64,000 bases of DNA from Centroscyllium fabricii. Lineage: Eukaryota. The DNA lies in assembly GCA_051313645.2 (NCBI GenBank), contig JBNRSN020000039.1:6448001-6512000 (forward strand). Direction: 5' to 3'. This document shows, in pieces, positions 12,266 through 24,224 of this stretch; the first letter of the stretch is position 1, and every line of letters begins with the position of its first letter. The notes beneath the pieces are model-generated. The model was not told the DNA's origin. It did not search any database and worked only from the letters and a program-made list of their open reading frames with translations. A program made the translations under genes and the position numbers.

Positions 12266-14149
12266 CTAAATATCAATCCTGTTGTGGGCGGGAGTAACTA
12301 TGACTCTTGGGGTGGGCTCTTTCTCTCGCGGATGAGCTGCTGCGCTGAGCGAGTCACCCTTGAACCCTCGAGAGTCTAGGGTTACAACGTAGCTGTGAGA
12401 TTCTTGAGGAGTCTATATAAAAGTGAGTGGGACATCCACGCGGTCCCGCTGGGCAGCACTACGGTGCTGGCTAACCGACTGGCCGAGATACTGCAAAAAA
12501 AGGCATGGTGCCCAAATTTCCTCAGCCTCTTGGACGAATTCTGCAGTGGGCGGAACTTTTGCGGGAATCGTCGTCCCGTCAGTCAGTTGCATCCAATGTT
12601 GGGGAGCGGGTGCCACAAGTAACTGTAGCTTCTTTTGAGTTCTAAGCCACGGCGGGTTGTACCGATGAAGTCCTGCCGGCGGAGACGTAGCCAAACCAAC
12701 ATTTGAAGCAACTCAAAAGGATCAGCAACTGGCGGTGTACGATCAGGCCCGTAGGAGGGATCACTGCACCCCATAGAAAAAAACGAGAAGTCCATGTCAC
12801 ATGGAACAGTCCACTTGGGAAGCGTCCTGTAGAAACAACCACCCCGCAGTGTCGTCGGAAGCAGCGAACTGTGTTAAATTCCGATGCTTCACATGTTTCA
12901 CCAATCAAGATCTGGCTGCAAGACCATACCCTGTAACCAACCGATGTTGATCTTTCGGGTAACCCGGAGGGATCATACTACCAATCCCATAACCAGGGCC
13001 ACGAGACGAGATACTAAGTTGATGACGACCTCTGGACAGCAGGAGGAGCTGCTACCATTGGAACTGTCGGTGGAGTGGGCAAGGCAAAGCTGTCCAAGAC
13101 TCCATCTTTTGATCCCCAGATCCGGGTTGTGAAATAAGTTGGGCCCACACGGGGGGTTGTACTGTAAATAGTGGTGGAGGGGTGTTTGGGTTTTCACTTC
13201 TTAGTTGTCTGTGCAAATGTTTTGTATAACTATTAAAGGGTTTGCATTCAAAAGCATCAGATGATGAAAGGTTTAACTATGTCACGTTAACACCCAGGCA
13301 GATCAGTAAATTTGTGGGGCTTCCAACGCTTGGCGAAGTAAATTCACGCCACCCCCCCCACCCTACCTCGCCCGGTTAACATCCTAATTGCTTCACTTGG
13401 GTTGAGCAAGTTAGTACGGAATGTCCACGTCGATGAGCGACGTAAAAACTCGGACAAGGCGCACTATTGTGCGTAATTAAATAGCGGTTTGTCAATATTG
13501 GCACATAGGCTGCTGTGACACTAGTTTCTCTCGAATCTGACTCTCTCGCACTCTCTCCTTCTCTCTCACGCACACACAGACACACCTAATACCGCTTTAT
13601 GTGGTCCGTGTTTCCAGCCAGTGAACCGCCTCTTCAGTTGCGTTGACTCCCGCTGGAACTCGTCGCCTAGAGGAGCCTCACAGTAGCGGGCTTCGTGTGT
13701 GCTAGTGCGGCACGCAGATATGCCACTGCAGGCTCGATGTTGTTGGCAGATCACTGGAGGCATTGTGTATGTCACCATACCTCCTTCCTCAAAAGCTGTT
13801 CGTTGACGGGAGCCCAGGGCTGCGGAAACCATCATGGACCATGTGCTCGTTTGCATGCCCTTCTGCTGTGCGCACTCTCAGCAGGGTCTCACGCCAGTCA
13901 ACATGTGATTGGAGCAGGTCAATATCCTCTTGTCTCCTCGCGACTGGGTATATCATCAGGTAAGGAGGTTTTGGTGGAGAAGGGGTGGGTACATCTCCCA
14001 GAGCAAATCGTTACCTTCCCAATGGAGTCATCGCCTGGTGAAAGTGCAGGGTCTACCAGCACATAGTCACTGTACGTGAAAAAGGATTGCGATGGAGAGG
14101 CTGTAGGTGCTTGAAGAGTTTGCGGAGTCGGATAACTGAGCTCCCATTG

Positions 14150-14810
14150 TTTAGCTCACTCAGTCTTCCTCTCGACTCTTGGTCAGAATGTCCTGCGTTC
14201 GATTCCCACTCCCTGAATTTGATCCTATATTTCAGGTTGAAAGTCCAGTGCGTTACTGAGGTAACCCTTCACTGTTGGAAGGGCAGTAATAAGGGATTGC
14301 CTCATTCGCGGAGGGCTGTACTGATGGAGCGCCATACATTTGGAGTGACAGTACTGAGGGAGCGCTGCACTGTCGGAAGTGTTGCATTGAGGGAGCGCTG
14401 CATTGTTGCCGGGGCAGTACTGAGTGAGAGCCATAATGTTGGAGAGGCAATACTGATGGAGCGGTGCACAGTCAGTGAGGCAGTACTGAATAAATGGCAA
14501 ATTGTGTGATTGTCAGTAGAGATGGATTGCTGCTGTGTCGGAGGGGCAGTACAGTGAGAAGGCTGCACTGTTGGTCTGGCAGTACTGAGGTTGCGTTGCA
14601 CTGCTAGACGGTAAGTATTAAGGAAGCGCTGCAATGTCAGATGGACTGTACTGAGGGCGCGCTGCACTGTCGGAGGGGCAGTACTGAGGGAGCGCTGCGG
14701 TGTCGGAGGGACTGTACTGAGGGCGCGCTGCACTGTCGGAGCTGCCATCCTTCAGAGGACATGATCACCGAAACCCTGTCTGTCCTATCGGATGGATATT
14801 GGAGACGCAT
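14150..14810 (+). repeat. Deu-type SINE with internal 33-bp tandem expansion (~15 units)
   Basis: tRNA-like head (gttcgattcccactcc, about 14197), then an array of gggagcgctgcactgtcggaggggcagtactga (period 33 at 14650/14683/14716), then the SINE core resumes (ctgccatccttcagagga...). Confidence 0.8.
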
Positions 14811-15029
14811 CGACCTATAACAAAGTCGGTTTTGATTGGGTCAGAAGGAGTACAGTGTGCGGAGGATCGTCCGGAGCTGAATCATGGAACAAGATCATTT
14901 CGGCAAAATGCGCGGTTTCTGTGTCTCAGAGAATCAAATACATTTACGGCACAGCCAGGTGCCATTCGACGCGTCGTTTCTGTGCCTCCTGTAAAATAGA
15001 TATCCTGCCTGTTCCCACGTTCCAGTAGC

Positions 15030-15455
15030 TGGTCCGTCGCCCTGTAGGCTAAAAGTGCATATCCAATTACTTTTCACTGTGTTGAGGGTTTCTGCCTCAA
15101 ACGGCCTTTCAGGCAGCTTGTTTCAGAAACCCACCAAACGCTGGATGAAAGATATGCTCCTCAACAACAATCTAATGTTCCGATCAATTATTTAAATCTC
15201 TGCCCCTTGGTTACTGACATCACTGCGAAGGCAAACCCGTCCTACTTGTGCACTCTACCCAGTCACCTCACAATTTTATACACTTCAATTAAATCTCCAC
15301 TGAGCCACCTCTATCGCAAAGGAAGAAAACAACCTATCCAACATTTTCTCATAGCTAAATTACCCCAGCCTTGGCATCACCTTCGGAAATCTCCTATGTA
15401 CCCTCTCTATTGCAGTCAGAACCTTCCAATATTTAGGTGCTCAGAACTGTTAATA
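15030..15455 (-). mobile_element. CR1 3' fragment (duplicated at about 63530-63945)
   Basis: Antisense of RGDLIEVYKI and the CR1 3' UTR. Confidence 0.7.
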
Positions 15456-15714
15456 CTGGTTAATACTGGTTTTCTTCCATGCAGCTTGTGGGCCCGTTGG
15501 CCACAGAATCACGCACCAATCATCACACTATTGGATCCCAAATTCTGGGTGCAACTCACTCCTGCGTTTGATGCTGAGGGCCCTTCTCCCTCAGCATCTG
15601 AAATCTCCATTCCGTGGGCATCCCCCGTGCATTCATCGCACGGTGCATTTTGGACCACCTCCGTTCGTGTGCAGCTACTGTGGTCAGCACGAAATTCTGG
15701 CCCAATATTTCAAC

Positions 15715-17611
15715 GTCCCGGTATCTAACCCTGCGCTCGCTAGTACGTAACACCGTACAGTTCCGGTAAAGAACTCCGCACTGTTTCGCTGTATCTCCGG
15801 CACCCTCCCGATGTGGAACCCCGCATTCTCCCGGTATGTAAGCCCGCACTTTTCCTGTAATTAACTCAGTAATCCTGCTATATGTCCCTCACTCTCTCGG
15901 TATATAACCCTGAACTCTTCAGGTATAGAACCCCGCAGTGTTTGGAGCCGGAGCCTGCGTGGTCGTTGAGGTCGGAGCGCCGGGCCCTGCGTGGTTGGAG
16001 CGTCGGGGCCGAGGTCGGAGCGCTGGGCCCTGCGTGGTTGGAGCGCCGGGGCCTTGGTCGCCAAGGTCGGCGCGCCGGAGCCTGCGTGGTCGTGGCGCTG
16101 GAGGTCGGCCAGTTCGTAGTGCCGGGGCCTGCATGGTTGGAGCACCGGGACTGTCATGAAATGGAACAGACTGGGACTTCAGTAGAGAACATTTTAACAT
16201 CTGCCTTGTTCTTGGGGGTTTTGGCAAGAACTACATTTCGTTGTATGGTGTTTGTTCGCTATACAATGACAAATAAATTGAATCTTGAATCTTGAATCTT
16301 GAATTACCCCTCACCGACGCAGTATATAATTCCGCTGTGTCTTGATATTCAGCTCCAAATTGTCCCGGCCCATAACACTGCCCTGTCCCTGAATATAACT
16401 CACATTCTCGCGGAATGTAACACCGCAATTTCCCGGTATATAATTCCGTATTTTCCCGGTACATAAACCGCACCATCCCGATATGTGATGCCACACTCTC
16501 CTGATATATAACCACAAACTCTCGCTTTATAGTGAACCGCTCTCATTGGTTATTTAACCCGGCACTGTCCCAGAGATAACCCTTCACTCTCGCTGTATAT
16601 ATAAAAACTCTCTTCTGGTGTATAACCCCGCAATGTCTCGGCATATAACTCCTCAATATCTCTCTTACATTTTCTGCACTGTCCCTGTATATAACACTGA
16701 ACCGTCCTGATATATAACCATGCGAATTTCCGAACTTTAAACTCGCACACTCCCGGTATAGAACTCGTAAATGTCCCGGTGTATAACACAGCAATCTAAC
16801 GGAATGTAACGAAGCACTGTCTTGATATATAATTCCTCACTGCCTCGATATACAACTCCACACTGTATGGTGATAACTCCGCAATCTCCTGGTACATAAC
16901 TCCGCACTGTCCCGGTACATAACTCCAACGTGTCCGGTCCAAAAACACCGGCCTATCCTTTTATACAACTCGCCCCTGTCACGGAATATAACCCTGTACT
17001 ATCACTGCATATAATTCCGTCCCGTCCCGTTATATAACCCATACCCTTACGGTCTATAACCCGCACCGTCCAGATAGATAATGATGAAATATCATGTTTT
17101 ATATTGCAGCACATTTCTGGTATAGAATACGGCAATTTTCCTCTATATAACTCCGCAATGTCCAAGTATATAACCCGCAGCATCCCGATATTTAATTCTG
17201 CACTCTTCTCCTTTATCACTCCGTACTGTCCCGGTATATAAATTCTGCAATATCACGGTATGTCAACCCGCACTATCCAAGCATACAACCCTGCAATATA
17301 CCAGTGTATAACTACGCACTCACTCAGTATATTACCCCGCATTCCGCGGGTATGTAATTCCGCACCGTCCCGGTATATAACGGGCAATGTCCCGAGATGC
17401 AATTGTGCAGTGTCCTGTTAGAGAACCACGAAATGTCCCGGTATATAAAACTGCACTGTCCCGCTATTTAACTCCATATTTTCCCGATATGTAACAACGC
17501 ACTGTCTGGCTTTGTATCGCCGCAAGTTTCGGGAATGTAACTCCGCACTGTCCAAGTATATAACTCCATAATTTCCCGCTGCATTTCTTCCAAACTGTCC
17601 TGGAATATAAC
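15715..17611. repeat. 23-bp satellite, consensus actgtcccggtatataaccccgc
   Basis: Dozens of diverged tandem units, interrupted at 15942-16302 and continuing at 20679-21285 and 22778-23735. Confidence 0.9.
15942..16302 (+). mobile_element. 5'-truncated non-autonomous retroposon with GC-rich internal repeats and Rex/Babar-type tail
   Basis: Absent from the paralogous site at about 63005-63011. Ends acatttcgttg...aatgacaaataaatt(gaatctt)n. Homologous to 54681-55200 (-). Confidence 0.85.
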
Positions 17612-20600
17612 TATGATACATAGATACATAGATACATAGATGATAGGAGCAGGAGTAGGCCATTCGGCCCTTCGAGCCTGCTCCGCCATTCAATGAGATC
17701 ATGGCTGATCCTTCAGTTCAGTATCCCGTCCCTGCCTTCTCTCCGTAACCTTTAACCCCTTTTGCCTGCAGAAATGTATCTAATTCCCACTTAAATATAT
17801 TCAATGAGCTGGCGTCCACTGCCCTCTGTGGTAGTGAGTTCCACAGGTTCACCACTCTCTGGGTGAAGAAATTCCTCCTCATCTCTGTCCTAAATGGTTT
17901 AGCCCTTATCCTTAAACTGTGTCCCCTAGTTCTGTACTCTCCTGCCATCGGAAACATTCCTTCTGCATCTAGTCTCTCCAGGCCTGTCAGAATGTTATAT
18001 GTTTCTATGAGATCCCCTCTCAATCTTCTAAACTCCAGTGTGTACATCCCCAAACTACATAGTCTCTCCTCATATGTCATTCCTGCCATTCCTGGTATCA
18101 GCCTGGTGAATCGCCGCTGCACTCCTTCCATGGCAAGAACATCCTTCCTCAGATGAGGCGACCAAAACTGCACACAGTACTCGAGGTGTGGTCTCACCAG
18201 TGCCCTGTACAGCTGTAGTAAGGTGTCCTTGTTCCTGTATTCTAACGCTTTTGATATGAAGGCCAGCATACCATTTGCCTTCCTGACCGCCTGTTGCACC
18301 TGCATGCTCGCCTTCAATGACTGGTGCACAAGAGCACCCAGGTCTCTCTGTACTTCCCCATCTCCCAATCTATTGCCATTTAAATAATAATTTGCCCTCC
18401 CGTTTTTGCCCCAAGGTGGATAACTTCACACTTATCCACATTATAGTGCATTTGCCATGTATCTGCCCAGTCCCCCAATTTGTCCAAATCGCTCTGGAGC
18501 TTCCTGATCCCCTCCTCTGAGCCTACCCCCACCCCTCCTAGATTAGTGTCGTCTGCGAATTTGGAGATGCTGCATCCGATTCCCTGATCTAGGTCATTAA
18601 TATAAATTGTGAACAGCTGGGGACCCAGGACAGATCCCTTAGGTACCCCAATTGTTACTGCCTGCCATTCAGAAAATGAGCCGTTTATTCCAACTCTCTG
18701 TTTTCTATCTGCCAGCCAGTTCTCTATCCACGTCAATACTTTTCCCCTTATCCCATGAGCCTTGATTTTACATGCTAATCTTTTATGTGGGACCTTATCG
18801 AAGGCTTTTTGGAAGTCCAGGTACACCACATCTACTGGCTCTCCCCCATCTATTTTACCAGTTACTTCCTCAAAGAATTCCAATAGATTCGTCAAGCACG
18901 ATTTACCTTTTGTAAATCCATGTTGACTCTGTCCTATCCTGTCCCCATTTGCCAAGTGCTCTGCTATTACATCCTTAATGATGGACTCTAATATTTTGCC
19001 CACCACCGATGTAAGGCTTACAGGTCTGTAATTACCCGCTTTTTCCCTACCCCCCTTTTTAAATAGTGGGGTAACGTTATCTACCCTCCAATCCATGGGC
19101 CCTGTTCCCGAGTCTATCGAATTCTGGAAAATTATCCTTAACACATCTGCTATCTCTAGGGCCACCTCCTTGAGTACCCTAGGATGCATGTTATCAGGCC
19201 CTGGGGACTTGTCAGCCTTTAGTCCCTTTAGCTCCCCCAACACCATATCCTTAGAGATATTGATTTTTGTCAGTTCCTCCCATGCAATTGTCCCTATGGT
19301 TCCTGATATCTCAGGGAGGTATTTTGTGTCTTCCTTTGTGAAGACAGACCCAAAATATGCATTTAATTGGTCTGCCATTTCCTTATTTCCCATTATATAT
19401 TCCCCAGAATCTGACTGTAATGGACCGACTTTGGATTTCACCAGTCTTTTCCTCTTAATATACTTGTAAAAGCTTTTGGAGTTAGTTTTTATGTTTGCCG
19501 CAAGCTTACTTTCGTACGCTATTTTCCCCCTCCTGATTAATCCCTTTGCCCTCCTTTGTTGTATCCTAAACTGTTCCCAATCTTCAGGTCTGGTGCTTTT
19601 TTTGGCTATTTTATATGCTATTTCTTTGGATTTTATGCTGTCCCTAATTTCCCCTGATATCCACGGTTGAGTCACCTTTTTAGATTTCTTTTTATGCCAG
19701 ATTGGTATAAACAATTTCTGCAATTCTGCCATTCTGTCTTTAAATGCTTGCCATTGTTTATCCACCGCCAGTCCCCCCAGAAACGCTGCCCAATCAGACT
19801 TACTTAATTCCCGTCTCATGGAATCATAATTCCCCTTATTTAAATTCAGGACCTTAGTCTCTGAGTCAGTTTCTTCGCTCTCCATTTCGAGTGAGAATTC
19901 GATCATGTTATGATCGCTCTGACCCAAGGGTCCCCGTACAACAAGATTACTAATTAGTCCCTTCTCATTGCACAGTACCCAGTCCAAGATAGCCTGATCC
20001 CGAGTTGGTTCCTCGACATATTGATCCAGATAACCATCCCTTAAACACTCAAGGAATTCCTCCTCCTCATTATTTTTACTAATTTGGCTAGTCCAATCTA
20101 TATGCAAGTTAAAGTCACCTATGATGACAGCTGAGCTCTTATTGCATGCTTCTCTAATTTCCCTTTTGATGCCCTTCCCTACCTCCATATTACTATTTGG
20201 AGGCCTATATACCACTCCTATTAACGTTTTTCGGCCCTTGCTATTTCTTAGTTCTACCCATATAGATTCCGTATTAACCGAGTTAATATCCTTCCTTTCA
20301 ATTGCATTTATCCCCTCTTTTACCAGCAATGCTACCCCTCCTCCCTTTCTTTTTTGTCGATCCTTCCTAAATATTGAATACCCCTGTATGTTAAGTTCCC
20401 AGCCTTGCCCATCCTGCAGCCATGTTTCCGTAATCCCAATTAGATCATATTTGTTTACCTCTATTTCTACTGCTAATTCATCCACCTTGTTCCTAATGCT
20501 TCTTGCATTAAGGTATAAAGCCTTCAGGCTTGTTTTTTGCTCACACTTTTTATGAATTACTTTGGCCCTTTGTGTATTTTGTTTTTTGTTTCTCACCCTT

Positions 20601-20678
20601 TTACCATTTTTTTCTGGCTGCATTTTGCTTTCCTCTTTTTCACTACATAGGTTCCTAGCCCCCTGCCATACTAGTTTA
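17612..20678 (-). mobile_element. Young CR1 LINE: complete ORF2 (APE endonuclease + RT) with one frameshift, 5'-truncated at the ORF1/ORF2 junction
   Basis: ORF 18380-20731 has NARSIRNK, GITETW, VYRPP, GDFN, SDH, QHGF, DFQKAFD and FADDT. It continues in ORF 17718-18368 after a 1-nt shift at the C-run 18409-18412. The tail is (tatgtatc)n. Absent at the paralogous site near 61831. Confidence 0.97.
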
Positions 20679-21285
20679 AATGACGCGCCACGATGTGCAA
20701 ACCCGAATCGTCTGTGTATATAACCTCGCACAATCCGGATATATAAGCCCGCACTGTCCCTGTTTGGTTATCTATCCCGGTAGTACCCCGAGATTAGCCT
20801 TCACTTTCCCTGTCTATTCCCCCGCACTATACTGGTATATTACCCCGCTATGTCTCTGCTTATAACCCTGCAATGTTCTGGTGTATATCTCAGCAAACTC
20901 CCGCTTGTTTATTTCCGCACAGTTCCTCTATACAACTCGGCGCTGTCCTGGTATCCATTTCCCCACTTTCCCGATCTCCAAACCCGCACCGTCCCGGTAT
21001 ATCACCCCCAATGACGATAATATAACACAATACTCTACCGGTATATCGCGCTCGGCCGTCTCAGTATATAACACCGCTTTTTCCAAAGAAACCATGCAGC
21101 AGTATGACATTATATAAAACAGCACTGTCCCGGTCTTTACCACCGCAATGCCCCGACATGTAACTACGCATGACAAGATAAGTAATTCCGCACTCTCTCA
21201 AAATACCACACCACACTGTCCCGGTGCCTTACCCCGCTTTCTCCTGGTATAAAACCCCAAACTCTCTCTGTATATAACACCTGCA
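20679..21285. repeat. 23-bp satellite (continuation)
   Basis: Same unit as 15715-17611, and contiguous with it in the right-arm copy. Confidence 0.85.
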
Positions 21286-21287
21286 TT

Positions 21288-22775
21288 TGAGCAGCAATGC
21301 TAGTCTGAGAAGAAATAGAAGAATATCTCAGATGAATGCATGAATAGAGGAATGGTGCACGGGGAAGCGATTCCAATTCTTATGACTTTGGAACCGATTC
21401 TGGGGGAGTTTGGACCAGTACAAATTGGACGGATTGCAACTGGACAGGACCTGGACCGAAGTCCATGAGAGAGTGTTTGCTAGTGCAGTTGGGGAGGGTT
21501 AAACCTAAAATGACCGGGGCCGCAAAACTGTGCAGGGAGACAGAGGATAGGGAAACAATGATAGAAGCAAACGTGGAGGATACCAGGAAGTTCCAGGATG
21601 ATTTGGAGTGTTTGCGCGAGTGAGCTGAGACGTGGCAGATGCAGTATAATGTGGATAAATGCGAGGTTATCCAATTTGGGGGCAAAAACAGAAATGCCGA
21701 CTTTAATCAGAATGTTAATAGATTGGGAGAAGGGGGAGTACAACGAGTCATGGGTGCACCAGTCAATCAAGGTGAGCAAGCAGGAGCAGCAGGCGGTTAA
21801 GAAGGCAAATGGTACGTTGGCCTTCATAGCGAAATGTTTCGAGTACAGGAACAGGGATGTCTTGCTGCAGTTGTACAGGGCCTTGGTGAGAGAACTCCTT
21901 GAGCACTGTTTGCCATTTTGGTCTGCTTTTCTAAGGAAGGGCGTTCTTGCCATGGAGGCCGTGCAGATAAGATCCACCAGGCTGATACCTGGGATGGCAA
22001 GAACGACGTATGAGGAGAGACTGGGTACATTGGGTTTTGTACTCTCTGTACTTTGGAAGATTGAGAGGGGATCTCATCAACACATATAAAATTATAACTG
22101 GTCTGGACAAACTTGATGCAGGAATAATGTTCCCGACGATAGGAGAGTCCAGAATCAGGGGCCATATTCAAAGGATAAGGTGTAACTCATTTAAGACAGA
22201 TTGCTGAACCTGTGGAAATCTCTGCCACAGAGGGAGGTGGAGGCTAGTTCATTGAATATACTCACGAAGGTGTTGGATACATTTCTTAAGGCTAGAGTGA
22301 TCAAGGGACATGGTAATACGGCAGGTACAGGGTACTGAGTTTGCATGATCAACAACGATCTCATTGAATGGCGAAGCATGCTCGAGGGGCGGGATGGCCT
22401 ACTCCTGCTCCTATCCTTTATGTTTCTATGTTCCAAGGAAGTAGAAAAGCAAAAATGGCAGTCAGATAAATCAATGATTTAAATTTAGCATGGCCAAAAT
22501 AATTAATATTTCTACAATGTCTAAGAGTGTTAAAAAACAAGCCTGAAAGCTTTGTCTCTTAATCCCATGCAAATGCCTAACAAGGTGGAATAATTAGCTG
22601 CACATATCGATGTAAATTGTTATGTTTGATTGAGATTTCGGAAGCATGGCTCCAGCGTGGCCAAGGATGGTAAAACAACTTCCAGGGGAATTCAATATTA
22701 AGGATAGACTGGCAAAAATTAAAAGGATGTGGGGTAGCATTGCCGGTTAATGAGGAGATTAACACAATAATATGG
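21288..22775 (+). mobile_element. Old CR1 fragment (ORF1 esterase end + start of EN) interrupted by a CR1 3' end at about 21570-22432
   Basis: QMNA*IEEWC...FWG..DQYKLDGLQL...FASAVGEG (ORF1 C-terminus), then RT C-terminus, 3' UTR and tail, then EN-start remnants (SLKALSLN...ISEAWLQ). Mirrored at 59725-61225. Confidence 0.8.
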
Positions 22776-22777
22776 TT

Positions 22778-23735
22778 CATATAACTCTGCTGTGTCCCGG
22801 TATTATACTCTGCAAACTCACGATGTATTATCATGCCGTGTTTCGCATTTTAGCCGCGCAAGAACCCCGTATCTAGCTTCGCACTGTTACGGAATATAAC
22901 ACTGCAGCAGCAAGATAGGTAATCCCGAACGTCCCGGTGTATAGCCCCACACTTTCATAAAACCGACGTGTCTGGTTACATAAACCGGCAATGTCCCAGA
23001 GATACCCCTTCCATCTCCCTGTGTATAACACGCGCTGTCCTGGTGTATAATTCGGCACTGTCCCGGGAAGTAGGAGCGCAATATCACGGAATGTAATACA
23101 GCCCTGTCTAGATATATCATTCTGCACTGTCTAGAAGTACAAATCCAAACTGTCCCGATATATAATCCTTCACTGACCTGGTATGCAACAGCGCCCTGTA
23201 CCGCAAAATAAACCTGCATTGTCCCGGAAGATAACCCCGCAATGTCCCGGTATAAAACTGAGCACTCTCAAGGTATATTACCCTTAATGTCCCACAATAT
23301 AAAGTTGCACTCTAGCAATCGATCTCGGTAAATAATGCCGCACACTCCCAGTGTAGAACTCCACATGATCCAGAATATCTCTCCGCATTGCTCCTGTATA
23401 TAACCCTGCATTTTCTCACAGGTAAACACGCACTGTCCCGGTAAATAATCCTGCTACCTCCACATACATAACCCCGCAAATGTACGGTATATAACCCCAA
23501 AAACGTCTCGGTACATAACCGCGCACTCTCCCGGTATAATACCCCGCACGGTCACACTATATAACACTGCAACAGCAGAGTTTAAAACTCTGCAACATCG
23601 CAGTATATAACCTCGCACCATCGAAGTATATAACTCCGCAGCATCCCGGCATATAATCCCATAATGTCCCGGTAGCAAACCGCGCAACATCCAAATATTA
23701 ATGCCGGTACGTCCCGGAATATAACTCCGCAATCT
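22778..23735. repeat. 23-bp satellite (continuation)
   Basis: Same unit, mirrored at 58755-59722. Confidence 0.85.
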
Positions 23736-23748
23736 CAATTAATTATGC

Positions 23749-23890
23749 AAGAAGTCACACAACACCAGATTATAGTCCAACGGTTTTATTTTAAATCACA
23801 AGCTTTCGGAGCTCAGCCCCTTCCTCAGGTGAACAGAGTCTATCTCTGTCCACCTGAGGAAGGGGCTGAGCTCCGAAAGCTTGTGATGTT
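23749..23890. mobile_element. Penelope-derived short element forming a perfect hairpin, with a minimal hammerhead-like motif on each strand
   Basis: 23795-23831 is the exact reverse complement of 23851-23887. Each arm reads CAC-CTGAGGA-A-GGGGC-TGA-GCTCC-GAAA-GCTT-GTG. Confidence 0.75.
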
Positions 23891-24224
23891 TGTACTCCCC
23901 GCCCTGGTCCGTGAAACCTTTTTCACAGATAGCAATTCCCCTGTATTAGAATGGTCAATCATGATTATAATCCTTGGAATTTTGATGCAGTCAGCTGGAA
24001 CCCATTCATTTTCCAGAGAAATGCAAGGTTAACTACCTCAACCTTTCCGTCGGATTCATGCTGGTCAGGATAACTTTGCAGTGTTTAATGCTCACTAATG
24101 GGAGTGCACGCTATTCATACAATTAATAGGAGTTTTTAGCCTTACATGATCAGACTGCAATCAATACTTCAAATGGGGTGCAACATGCGGATTTTACAGA
24201 AATGTATATCTTGGTGGCCCCACC

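Larger units (their letters stand above)
14979..23746 (+). repeat. Left arm of inverted segmental duplication
   Basis: Colinear reverse complement of 58745-64000 apart from two insertions and small indels. Paired ORFs include 15207+/63251-, 23454-/58753+ and 22191-/60066+. Confidence 0.95.

Noticed and set aside
14302-14748. 148-aa ORF with STAPPTVQRSL repeats, and similar ORFs at 37.4-38.2 kb
   Set aside because: Translation artefact of the 33-bp tandem unit.
15207-15728. 173-aa ORF conserved with 63251-63772
   Set aside because: It is an antisense CR1 fragment plus a mini-MITE. The conservation reflects the recent duplication.
20679-20731. N-terminus MRGYIHRRFGFAHRGAS of the 783-aa ORF
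   Set aside because: It is flanking satellite DNA, not part of CR1 ORF2. The same peptide appears at 61779 without the LINE.
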